A DNA stretch of 60,469 bases, filler included. It is 3 parts of 3 records of this genome, joined end to end, with 100 filler letters (N's around TTAATTAATTAA, not from the genome) between each part and the next. Parts side by side here need not be neighbours in the genome. Positions count along the whole stretch, not along the records: positions 1 to 14,933 come from SRR20825019_280; positions 15,034 to 45,149 come from SRR20825019_281; 1 more part is not named here. One strand, written 5' to 3'. The translations under genes were made by a program, and so were the position numbers. Below, in pieces: positions 10,640 through 19,283 of the stretch (positions within the stretch are counted from its first letter, which is position 1; each line of letters starts with the position of its first letter). The notes under the pieces are model-generated. The model saw only the letters and a list, made by a program, of their open reading frames with translations, searched no databases and was not told where the DNA came from.

Positions 10640-10663
10640 GACCGGGTGAAAACCCGGTCTTTT
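10640..10663 (+). terminator. Hairpin/weak terminator between def and fmt
   Basis: GACCGGGT-GAAA-ACCCGGTC followed by TTTT. Confidence 0.55.
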
Positions 10664-10692
10664 CGTATTCAACGGACCAGGAAGCGATACCC

Positions 10693-11628
10693 GTGCGACT
10701 TGTTTTTGCCGGCACCCCCGAATTCGCAGCCACCGCGCTGAAGGCACTGCTCACGACCCATCATCAGGTGGTTGGCGTTTACTCCCAACCCGACCGGCCC
10801 GCTGGCCGTGGCCGCAAACTGACACCCAGCCCGGTCAAACAGGTGGCGGTTGAGGCGGGCATTCCCGTGTTTCAACCAGAGTCCCTGAAATCGCCCGAAG
10901 CGCAGGAACAGCTCCGCAGTCTTAACGCAGACGTGATGATCGTCGCTGCCTACGGACTGATTCTGCCGCAGGCGGTGCTGGACCTCCCTCGTCACGGCTG
11001 CCTGAACATCCATGCCTCGTTACTGCCTCGCTGGCGCGGTGCCGCGCCTATTCAGCGCGCGATCGCCGCGGGTGACCGGGAAACCGGTATTACCATCATG
11101 CAGATGGACGCTGGCCTCGACACCGGCGCAATGTTGCTGAAAGCCATTACCCCAATCGAAGACGCGGATACCGGCGGCAGCCTTCACGACCGTCTGGCTG
11201 GCCTGGGTGGCGAAGCCATCGTCAAGTCGCTGGAGCAGCTTGAGAAAGGCGAACTGCAGGGCGAAGTCCAGGACGAGGCTAGGGCTTGCTATGCCCGTAA
11301 ACTCAGCAAGGAAGAAGGGCATATCGACTGGACCCGGGATGCCCCCGCCATCAGCCGGCTGATTCGTGCCTTTAATCCCTGGCCGGGCACCTACACCGAC
11401 CTGGACGATCTGCGCATCCGCATTCATCAGGCGGAGATTCTGGACGACACCAGCGACAAACATCCCGGCACGGTGATTCGCCGCGACCGCGAGGGCATCG
11501 ACATTGCCTGCGGCCTGGAATCCCTGAGGATCACCCGTTTGCAGTTGTCCGGCTCGCGGCCACAATCGGTGAACGACCTGATCAACGGCGGCAAGGACAT
11601 ACTGATGCCCGGCCAGGAGCTGAACTGA
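10693..11628 (+). CDS. fmt: Methionyl-tRNA formyltransferase
   Basis: FAGTPEFA, QPDRPAGRG and NIHASLLPRWRGAAPIQRAI motifs. Confidence 0.98.
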   Translation: MRLVFAGTPEFAATALKALLTTHHQVVGVYSQPDRPAGRGRKLTPSPVKQVAVEAGIPVFQPESLKSPEAQEQLRSLNADVMIVAAYGLILPQAVLDLPRHGCLNIHASLLPRWRGAAPIQRAIAAGDRETGITIMQMDAGLDTGAMLLKAITPIEDADTGGSLHDRLAGLGGEAIVKSLEQLEKGELQGEVQDEARACYARKLSKEEGHIDWTRDAPAISRLIRAFNPWPGTYTDLDDLRIRIHQAEILDDTSDKHPGTVIRRDREGIDIACGLESLRITRLQLSGSRPQSVNDLINGGKDILMPGQELN

Positions 11629-12930
11629 ATGAGCCAGCAGGGCCAGCCACTGCGGGCGGTTGCTGCCCGGGTTTTGCAATCCGTTGAGAACGGCCAGTCG
11701 CTGTCCCAATGCCTGCCCCACGCCATGGGTGATGTGGCAGACAACGAACGACCACCACTACAGGCACTGTGCTACGGCACCTGTCGCTGGTTTCACCGGC
11801 TCGATGGCGAGTTACAGGCGCGCCTGAAAAAACCGCTGCGCAAATCCGACCGGGTGGTCCACCACTTGATGCTGGTGGCACTGTTCCAGCTTCGCTTCAG
11901 TCAGCAGGCCACCTACGCGATTCTGAATGAAACCGTGGAAGCCTGCCGCGCCCTCAACAAACCACATCTGACAGGGCTGGTGAACGGCGTTCTGCGGGCT
12001 GCGGAGCGGGAAGGGGAGCCGCCCATTGCCGACGAAATCGGTCGTTTCAGCCACCCTCCCTGGATGCTTGAAAAACTGCGCCATAACTGGCCTCACGACT
12101 GGCAGGCTATTCTCGAAGCCAACAACACCCAGGCCCCCATGACCCTGCGGGTGAACGCCCTGCGCTTCAGCCGCGACGACTACCTGCAATTACTGTCCGA
12201 TGCCGGTATCGATGCCAACGCAACCGTGTTTGCGCCCCACGGCATCCAATTGGCCGCCCCGGTGCCGGTGGATCTTCTGCCCTGGTTTTCCGAAGGCGCG
12301 GTCAGTGTGCAGGATGAAGCAGCCCAGCTCTGCACCACCCTGATGGACCTGGCGCCCGGCCAACGGGTGTTGGATGCCTGTGCCGCACCGGGAGGCAAAA
12401 CCTGCGCTATCCTTGAAAGCTGCGGACAACTGGAAGAAGTGGTCGCTATCGACGAATCCGCTGATCGACTGCCACGGGTGCAGGAAAACCTGGAACGGCT
12501 GGATCTCGTGGCGACACTGAAACAGGCCGATGCCGCAGATATTGACCAGTGGTGGGACCGGAAGCCGTTCGATCGCATCCTGCTGGACGTTCCCTGCAGC
12601 GCCACCGGCGTGATTCGCCGCCATCCGGACATCAAGTTGCTGCGCCGTGAATCAGACATTGTCCCGCTCGCCAGCATTCAGCTGGGTCTGCTGGAGTCGA
12701 TGTGGCAAGTGCTCGCACCCGGAGGGCGCCTGGTCTATGCCACCTGTTCGGTGTTTCCGCAGGAGAATCACCGTATAATTCGTCGATTCCTGAAGCAGCA
12801 GGACGACGCTGCCCTGGTGGAGCCCGATGTCCTTTGGGGGCGCGATATGGAAACCGGCCGCCAGATGCTGCCTGTTCCCGAAAGCCACGATGGATTTTTC
12901 TACGCTGTGCTGGAGAAACCCGAACCATGA
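11629..12930 (+). CDS. rsmB: 16S rRNA m5C967 methyltransferase
   Basis: NusB-like N-terminus; [26 protein letters not shown] and YATCS motifs. Confidence 0.96.
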   Translation: MSQQGQPLRAVAARVLQSVENGQSLSQCLPHAMGDVADNERPPLQALCYGTCRWFHRLDGELQARLKKPLRKSDRVVHHLMLVALFQLRFSQQATYAILNETVEACRALNKPHLTGLVNGVLRAAEREGEPPIADEIGRFSHPPWMLEKLRHNWPHDWQAILEANNTQAPMTLRVNALRFSRDDYLQLLSDAGIDANATVFAPHGIQLAAPVPVDLLPWFSEGAVSVQDEAAQLCTTLMDLAPGQRVLDACAAPGGKTCAILESCGQLEEVVAIDESADRLPRVQENLERLDLVATLKQADAADIDQWWDRKPFDRILLDVPCSATGVIRRHPDIKLLRRESDIVPLASIQLGLLESMWQVLAPGGRLVYATCSVFPQENHRIIRRFLKQQDDAALVEPDVLWGRDMETGRQMLPVPESHDGFFYAVLEKPEP

Positions 12931-14330
12931 AAATCCTGATTCTCGGTGCCGGCCAGGTGGGCGGGACCCTGGCAGAAAACCTCGCCAACGAAGCCAACGA
13001 CATCACCGTGATCGACAGTGACAGTACCCGCCTGCGGGAGCTTCAGGATCGACTGGACATTCGGACTGTCCAGGGCATGGCCTCCTTTCCCACGGTTCTG
13101 CGCCAGGCGGGCGCTGAAGATGGTGACATGGTCATCGCCGTGACCAACAGTGACGAGGTCAACATGGTGGCCTGCCAGGTCTCCAAGTTGCTCTACAAAA
13201 CCCCGACAACCATCTGCCGGGTCAGGGCCAACGCCTACCTGGCAAAACCAGAACTGTTCTACCAGCGGGATCAGAAAAAGGATCTGGACAGCCTGCGGGG
13301 TTTCCCCATCGATGTTCTGATCAGCCCGGAGCACCTGGTCACCAAGCACATTACACGACTGATCGAATACCCCGGCGCGCTGCAAGTACTGGAGTTTTCC
13401 AAGGGGCTTGTTCAGTTGGTCGCCATTCGGGCGACGGAAGGCGGCCCACTGGTTGGCCACGAGTTGTCGTACCTGCGTAGCCATATGCCCAAAATCGAAA
13501 CACGGGTCGCCGCCATTTTCAGGAAAGACCGGGCGATCATGCCTCAGGGGGATACGGTGATTGAAGACGGCGACGAGGTCTTCTTCATCGCTGCCTCCGA
13601 CCATATTCGCTCGGTCATGAGCGAGTTGCAGCCACTGGAAAAACCCTACAAGCGCATCTTCATCTGTGGGGGTGGTAACATTGGCCAGCGCCTGGCCCAT
13701 ACTCTCGAATCCCGCTACCAGGTGAAACTTCTGGAACGGGACCACGAACGTTGCGTGATGCTGTCCGAGAACCTTCGCAAAACCGTGGTACTGGAGGGCA
13801 ACGCCGCCAACAAGGACATTCTGCTGGAAGAGAACATCGAAAATACCGATGTTTTCTGTGCAGTCACCAACGATGACGAAGCCAACATCATGGCGTCACT
13901 GCTGGCCAAGCGCCTGGGCGCCCGCAAGGTACTGACCCTGATCAACAACCCGGACTACGTTGACCTGATCCAGGGCGGCGACATTGATGTCGCTATTTCG
14001 CCCCAGCAAACCACCATTGGCAGCCTGCTTACCCACATTCGCCGCGGGGACGTAGTAAACGTTCACTCACTCCGTAGGGGCGCTGCCGAGGCCATTGAGG
14101 CCATCGCCCATGGCGACCACCGGTCCTCCCGGGTAGTGGGTAAGCGGCTTGACGAAATCAACCTGCCGGAAGGCACCACCATCGGCGCCATCGTCCGCCA
14201 CAGCGAAGTCCTCATTGCCCACGACCACCTGCGGGTACAGCCGGATGACCACGTCATCCTGTTCCTGGTGGACAAGTCGCGGATACGGGATGTGGAGAAA
14301 CTGTTCCAGGTGGGACTGACGTTCTTCTAG
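12927..14330 (+). CDS. trkA: Trk potassium uptake protein TrkA
   Basis: [12 protein letters not shown] start (ATGA overlap with the rsmB stop); two RCK domains. Confidence 0.96.
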   Translation: MKILILGAGQVGGTLAENLANEANDITVIDSDSTRLRELQDRLDIRTVQGMASFPTVLRQAGAEDGDMVIAVTNSDEVNMVACQVSKLLYKTPTTICRVRANAYLAKPELFYQRDQKKDLDSLRGFPIDVLISPEHLVTKHITRLIEYPGALQVLEFSKGLVQLVAIRATEGGPLVGHELSYLRSHMPKIETRVAAIFRKDRAIMPQGDTVIEDGDEVFFIAASDHIRSVMSELQPLEKPYKRIFICGGGNIGQRLAHTLESRYQVKLLERDHERCVMLSENLRKTVVLEGNAANKDILLEENIENTDVFCAVTNDDEANIMASLLAKRLGARKVLTLINNPDYVDLIQGGDIDVAISPQQTTIGSLLTHIRRGDVVNVHSLRRGAAEAIEAIAHGDHRSSRVVGKRLDEINLPEGTTIGAIVRHSEVLIAHDHLRVQPDDHVILFLVDKSRIRDVEKLFQVGLTFF

Positions 14331-14457
14331 CGCAAAATCAATCTTCTGAACCCAACTTAGAAATACGCGATTGGCAAGCGTATAATGCCCCTTTTTTCCG
14401 GAGTGCCCCGGCCAGATGCCCGGGCACCACACACAGACTGACCAGCAGGCAAACGTC

Positions 14458-14933
14458 GTGACAGACAAGGCAACTTCCGCAAACACGCCGGACATCAAAA
14501 CCTTCCAGGGCCTGATCCTCGCCCTGCAGAACTTCTGGGCGCAGCACGGCTGCGTGGTCCTCCAGCCACTGGACATGGAAGTGGGTGCCGGCACCTTCCA
14601 CCCGGCCACCTTCCTGCGCTCCATCGGTCCGGAAACCTGGAACGCCGCCTACGTTCAGCCCAGCCGCCGCCCCACCGATGGCCGCTACGGGGAGAACCCC
14701 AACCGCCTGCAACACTACTACCAGTTCCAGGTGGTGCTGAAACCGTCCCCGGACAACATTCAGGAACTGTACCTGGATTCCCTGAAGGCTCTTGGGCTGG
14801 ACCCACTGGTCCACGATATCCGTTTTGTTGAGGACAACTGGGAATCACCCACCCTCGGCGCCTGGGGCCTGGGTTGGGAAATCTGGCTGAACGGCATGGA
14901 AGTAACCCAGTTCACCTACTTCCAGCAGGTGGG
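14458..14933 (+). CDS. glyQ: Glycine-tRNA ligase alpha subunit (truncated by contig end)
   Basis: [36 protein letters not shown] and [17 protein letters not shown] motifs. Confidence 0.97.
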
Positions 14934-15033
14934 NNNNNNNNNNNNNNNNNNNNNNNNNNNNNNNNNNNNNNNNNNNNTTAATTAATTAANNNNNNNNNNN
15001 NNNNNNNNNNNNNNNNNNNNNNNNNNNNNNNNN
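14934..15033. other. Artificial contig linker
   Basis: 44 N + TTAATTAATTAA (stops in all six frames) + 44 N; genes on both sides are cut mid-ORF. Confidence 0.99.
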
Positions 15034-15787
15034 CGGTGATCACCGGCACGCCGATGCCCTTGAAGACGGCCTGCTGGTTCCACGGCTCACCCACGCAATA
15101 GCCATAGATGGTTCCGGCTTCGAGGGTGGCGGGCATCTGCGGCGGCGGCGTCACGGAAAGCAGCGCATCGCCCATGATCTGCCCGGAGATGTTCTCCTTG
15201 CTGTAGTAGCCCGGATGAATACCGCCCGCGGCGAGCCAGTAGCGCAGCTCGTAATTATGGGTCGAGACCGGGAACACCATGCCCATGTTGAAAGGCTTGC
15301 CTTCGGCCTTGTACTGCTCGACCACCGGCTTCAGGGCGTCCGCCTTGATCGGGTGAACCGGCTTGCCGTCAGCGCCTTTAGGAATATGCGGCAGCATCTG
15401 CTCCCAGACCTCGTTGGAAACGGTGATGCCGTTGCCGTTCAGATCCATGGAGAAAGGCGTGATGATATGGGCCTCGGTGCCGAACCCGATGGTTGCGGCA
15501 AGCGGCTGGCCAGCCAGCATATGGGCACCGTCGAGCTCACCGGTGATCACCCGGTCCAGCAGCACTTTCCAGTTCGCCTGCGGCTCCAGACTGACGAACA
15601 GCCCTTCATCCTCGAAATAGCCCTTCTCGTAGGCGATCGCGAGCGGGGCCATATCCGTCAGCTTGATGAAGCCGAACTTCAGCTCGTCTTTTTCAACGTC
15701 GAGCATTTCGGCACTGGCCGGTCCGGCCAGGGCGGCGGCGCAGACCAGCGCGGCCGATAGCAGTCTCAATCCACGAACGAGTTGCAT
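15034..15787 (-). CDS. nrtA: Nitrate/nitrite ABC transporter substrate-binding protein, NrtA/NasF family (3' truncated)
   Basis: Signal peptide from ATG 15787; [39 protein letters not shown] and CVGEPWN motifs. Confidence 0.88.
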
Positions 15788-15856
15788 CTTGTCTCTCCGA
15801 CGTCGGCCTTGCAGGAGGCGATACGCATCCGCTGGCCGGAAATTGTCCGAGGGCAT

Positions 15857-15968
15857 AAAAAAAGCCGCCGACCCAAAAGTCCGCTAAATGCGGTACTCAG
15901 GATCGAGCGGCTTTGCCCGGCTTTCCCCGTCATCGGGGTGTTATGTGCAGACGGCCCGCCTTTGGACC
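15857..15968 (-). promoter_or_regulatory. ANTAR (NasT) antitermination leader with overlapping intrinsic terminator
   Basis: Minus-strand hairpins GGTCC-AAAGGC-GGGCC (15968-15953), CCCC-GATGAC-GGGG (15938-15925) and CGGGC-AAAGCC-GCTCG (15919-15904). The last overlaps the terminator AAAGCCGCTCGATCC...GGGTCGGCGGCTTTTTTT (15914-15857). Confidence 0.85.
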
Positions 15969-16023
15969 TGTCCGTATCTCGCAGTGCAGCGTAAACCAAT
16001 TTCAGAGTTACGCAAGAGCAAAA

Positions 16024-16068
16024 AGGCTAAAAAATGGTCAACTCGCTTATTTGGTTATTTTTTAGGCA
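16024..16068. promoter_or_regulatory. Pair of putative NtrC-type binding sites upstream of nrtA
   Basis: Two 17-bp boxes with A/T-run cores, AGGCTAAAAAATGGTCA (16024-16040) and TGGTTATTTTTTAGGCA (16052-16068), in imperfect inverted orientation. Confidence 0.45.
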
Positions 16069-16085
16069 ATTGCTCGAATTGAGCC

Positions 16086-17255
16086 CTACACATCACCCTG
16101 CGCAGGATCAAAAACCGCACCGTCGCAGAAAGCATCAGGACCAAGGAACAGACGGCCGCGCGCGGAGGCTGCGGGCATCGACTCCCGGAGGGCTCCTTCA
16201 ACTTTCGAATTGGCCGTGGGAATGGCAATGCCGAGCGGCGTCAGAGCCTCGCGATAGAGGTTAGGCGCCATCGTGTTGCGCACGATCCGGCGCTGCTCCG
16301 GGGTCGCCTCGACGAATCCCCAACGCTCCATCTGGCTCATCAACCAGAGCGCTTGCGACAGCCAGGGGAAGCTCGAAGCCCCGTCCTGGAACACCATGAA
16401 ACGGTCTATTTTCCCCTGCAGTCCCTGCGGAGTCCTGGTCAGCTCTCCGGACAGCGCCCGCTCAATCACTTCCGCCGAAAGATCGAGATAGGCTTCCTTG
16501 GCCAACAGCTCAGAAAGGGTCACCCGGTTGCTCGGGTCCTGCACCCACGTCGAAGCCCGGTAGAGCGCCCGCAGCAGCCCCTGCACGGCACCGGAATGGG
16601 ACTCCGCCCAGCTCCGGCGCATGCCGAAAACCTTTTCCGGCGTCCCGGCCCAGATCTCCGTCGCCGACAGGAAAATGGAGGCCGCCCCACGGTCCACCGC
16701 GACCGACCCCCAGGGCTCACCGACCATCATGCCGTCGATAACGCCGTTCCCGATCGCGTCCGGCATCAGCGGCGGCGGAATAACCTCGATCCGGACATCC
16801 TTCACCGGATCGACCCCCTCGGAAGCGAGCCAGTAGCGCAGCAAAAAATGATGGGAGGAGAAGAAGAACGGAACCCCGAAAGTCACCTTCCGGCCAAGCG
16901 CACCCGACCGGATACGTTCCGCGATTTCCGTCGCGCCGGCATCCGGCGGAAGCCCGACAGACTCCAGAAACGCGGAGGTCGCGCACAGAACGTCGCCATT
17001 GAGATTAAGCACATAGGGCACGATCAGATCGGCGGGCGGCCCCGCCAAACCGAGGTTCGTCGCCAGCGCCATCGGCGCCAGCAGATGGGAGCCGTCATAG
17101 AGCCCAACCGCAAGCTTGTCGCGGATGTTGGACCAGGAAATCTCGCGGTGAAGCGAGACCTCAATGCCTTCCTCGCGGGCGAAGCCGATTTCCTTCAGGG
17201 CGACCAGTGGCGCTACGTCGACCAACGGGATAAAACCAATCCGGATCTCGGTCAT
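16086..17255 (-). CDS. nasS: Cytoplasmic nitrate/nitrite sensor NasS (NrtA-like)
   Basis: IGFIPLVDVAPL, SSHHFLLRYWL and VGEPWGS motifs; no signal peptide; 4-bp overlap with the ANTAR gene. Confidence 0.85.
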   Translation of the reverse strand: MTEIRIGFIPLVDVAPLVALKEIGFAREEGIEVSLHREISWSNIRDKLAVGLYDGSHLLAPMALATNLGLAGPPADLIVPYVLNLNGDVLCATSAFLESVGLPPDAGATEIAERIRSGALGRKVTFGVPFFFSSHHFLLRYWLASEGVDPVKDVRIEVIPPPLMPDAIGNGVIDGMMVGEPWGSVAVDRGAASIFLSATEIWAGTPEKVFGMRRSWAESHSGAVQGLLRALYRASTWVQDPSNRVTLSELLAKEAYLDLSAEVIERALSGELTRTPQGLQGKIDRFMVFQDGASSFPWLSQALWLMSQMERWGFVEATPEQRRIVRNTMAPNLYREALTPLGIAIPTANSKVEGALRESMPAASARGRLFLGPDAFCDGAVFDPAQGDV

Positions 17256-17827
17256 TGGTGGAACAGTCCCGCAGTGGTGACGATGCCTTCGGCGATATCG
17301 ACGATCCGCTTGTTCTGGTTCATTGCCGTGTTGCGCAGGAGCTTGTAGGCCTCCTCCTCCTCGATCCCCCGCATCTTCATCAGGATGCCCTTTGCCCGGT
17401 CGATCAGCTTGCGCTCGGCAAGCGCGGCCTTGGCCGTATCGAGCTCGGTTTGCAGACGGGTAAAGGCGTTGTAGCGGCTGATCGCCAGATCCATGACCGG
17501 CTTGATCCGCGCCTTGGCGAGACCGTTCACGACATAGGCCCCGACCCCGGCCTCCACCGCGGCGGCAATCGAACTCTCGCCGCTATCGTCAACGAACATG
17601 GCAACGGGACGCTTGATCTGACGCGAGACCGCGAACATCTGCTCCAGCATGTCCCGGCTCGGCGCCTCGAGATCGATCAGCACCGCATCGGGATCGAGCT
17701 CGCCCAGCCGCTCCAGCAACCGGTCCGTCTCGGCGACGACCACAACATCCGGAAATCCGGCCTCTGCAAGCGCCTCCTTTATCAGGCCGGCACGCTCGTT
17801 CTGCAGATCAACGACAACGATCTTCAT
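17252..17827 (-). CDS. nasT: REC-ANTAR antiterminator NasT
   Basis: REC-like N-terminus (PSRDMLEQ, AGVGAYVVNG) and ANTAR domain LAERKLIDRAKGILMK...EEAYKLLRNTAMNQN. Confidence 0.92.
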   Translation of the reverse strand: MKIVVVDLQNERAGLIKEALAEAGFPDVVVVAETDRLLERLGELDPDAVLIDLEAPSRDMLEQMFAVSRQIKRPVAMFVDDSGESSIAAAVEAGVGAYVVNGLAKARIKPVMDLAISRYNAFTRLQTELDTAKAALAERKLIDRAKGILMKMRGIEEEEAYKLLRNTAMNQNKRIVDIAEGIVTTAGLFHQ

Positions 17828-18037
17828 GGAAGGACAGATACCCAGCAGCGGTGAACTTTCATGGTGAGTCTCCATACCGCAATGCAAAAAACACGCCATC
17901 AGGGCAACCCGAAAAATCTTCCTCCTCGCGCCCAAGCGCAAGACGAACCGTGCCGACAACCGCAGTTTTCCAGGCAAGAGACCGCAATCAATCATCCCGC
18001 CGAAAGAGAACTTTCCGGCCGGTCAAATATTTCGCAC

Positions 18038-18067
18038 TTGCAAAACGAAAAATCTTTTCGTTAACCT
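18038..18067 (+). promoter_or_regulatory. Putative sigma-70 promoter of the FNT operon with a palindromic operator in its spacer
   Basis: TTGCAA-N18-TAACCT; 18044-18062 is the inverted repeat AACGAAAA-ATC-TTTTCGTT. Confidence 0.5.
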
Positions 18068-18110
18068 ACACGCATGACTGGTCGTCACTAGAGCGACGAT
18101 CAAGTCTCCG

Positions 18111-18218
18111 CCGCAACGACGCGGTATCTCTGTCAAGCGGCCTCCAAAGGGGCCAGCAGCAATGATGCTGCAACTTCGACTCTCCCGATTTCCGGGCGAG
18201 GCGTGGGTGTGCGGCGTC
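18111..18218 (+). promoter_or_regulatory. ANTAR dual-hairpin leader upstream of the FNT gene
   Basis: CCGC-AACGAC-GCGG (18111-18124) and GCAGC-AATGAT-GCTGC (18156-18171) both have A1/G4 hexaloops closed by C-G. The second can refold with 18207-18218 into a long alternative hairpin. Confidence 0.78.
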
Positions 18219-18373
18219 CATTCATCTCCGCATTCCCAGACCGAATACCGTGCGACGCCGGAGTTCCGGCGTCTTCCAGGTCAGAGCGGAGACAAGATGC
18301 CGGACCAATCTTCCTTCATCGCTCAAGTACACCGCTCGGCCTCTGGCTTTCTTCCCGATGAAAGGACCCAGAA

Positions 18374-19222
18374 ATGGCTTACATAAATCCTTCTGAGTTC
18401 GCGGCAAAGATGATCGACGCAGGTGAGTCGAAAGTCTTCATGTCCACGAAGGATACCCTGATCCGCGCTTACATGGCGGGCGCCATCCTCGCGCTCGCGG
18501 CGGCTTTCGCCGTCACCGTCGCCGTGAATACCGGCCAGTTTCTGATCGGCGCCCTGCTCTTCCCGGTTGGCTTCTGCACCCTCTACCTGCTCGGCTTCGA
18601 TCTGCTGACGGGCGTGTTCACGCTCTGCCCGCTCGCCCTGCTCGACAAACGGCCCGGCGTGACCGTGAACGGCGTGCTCCGGAACTGGGGCCTGGTCTTC
18701 GTCGGTAATTTCGCCGGCGCCTTCACTGTCGCCGTGTTCATGGCCATCATCTTCACCACCGGATTTTCCGAAGCGCCAAATGCGGTCGGCCAGAAGATCG
18801 GCGTGATCGGTGAATCCCGGACCGTCGGTTATGCCGAGCACGGCTTCGCCGGCATGCTGACGCTCTTCGTCCGGGCCGTCATGTGCAACTGGATGGTCTC
18901 GACCGGTGTGGTCGCGGCAATGCTGTCGACTTCCGTCTCCGGCAAGGTCATCGCCATGTGGATGCCGATCCTGATCTTCTTCTATCTCGGTTTCGAGCAT
19001 TCCATCGTGAACATGTTCCTGTTCCCGTCCGGGCTGCTGCTTGGTGGTGACTTCACCGTGATGGATTACCTGTTCTGGAACGAGATCCCGACAGTGATCG
19101 GCAATCTGGTCGGCGGCCTGACCTTCGTCGGCGCCACGATCTACGCCACCCACTACAAGACCTCACCGAAGCGGGGCCCGGCGGCCACCCCGGCCAAATC
19201 TGTCCGCGTTCCGGCTGAGTAA
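18374..19222 (+). CDS. Formate/nitrite transporter (FNT) family channel, probable cyanate/nitrite uptake
   Basis: LFPVG, DLLTG, NWGLVFVGNF, CNWMV, FEHSIVNM and GNLVGG motifs; upstream of cyanase. Confidence 0.9.
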   Translation: MAYINPSEFAAKMIDAGESKVFMSTKDTLIRAYMAGAILALAAAFAVTVAVNTGQFLIGALLFPVGFCTLYLLGFDLLTGVFTLCPLALLDKRPGVTVNGVLRNWGLVFVGNFAGAFTVAVFMAIIFTTGFSEAPNAVGQKIGVIGESRTVGYAEHGFAGMLTLFVRAVMCNWMVSTGVVAAMLSTSVSGKVIAMWMPILIFFYLGFEHSIVNMFLFPSGLLLGGDFTVMDYLFWNEIPTVIGNLVGGLTFVGATIYATHYKTSPKRGPAATPAKSVRVPAE

Positions 19223-19238
19223 TCACACAATCGCGCGG

Positions 19239-19262
19239 GAGCCCGGCCCGATGGCCGGGCTC
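19239..19262 (+). other. Strong intergenic hairpin after the FNT gene
   Basis: GAGCCCGGCC-CGAT-GGCCGGGCTC with no long U tract. Confidence 0.6.
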
Positions 19263-19283
19263 TTCGACAACCGGAAACGCATA

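Noticed and set aside
12702-12926. N-terminal extensions in the ORF track (trkA, tsaC, nasT, wzt, norD, norE, nirJ, nirL, nirC)
   Set aside because: They mostly overlap upstream genes; homology and RBS or stop-start coupling point to downstream starts.
14978-14989. TTAATTAATTAA palindrome (also 45194-45205) and ORFs running into the Ns
   Set aside because: Synthetic six-frame-stop linker; the X-containing ORF ends are artefacts.
15970-16020. Sigma-54 promoter for nrtA
   Set aside because: No GG-N10-GC with correct spacing was found; only a weak sigma-70-like TTGCGT...TACGCT.
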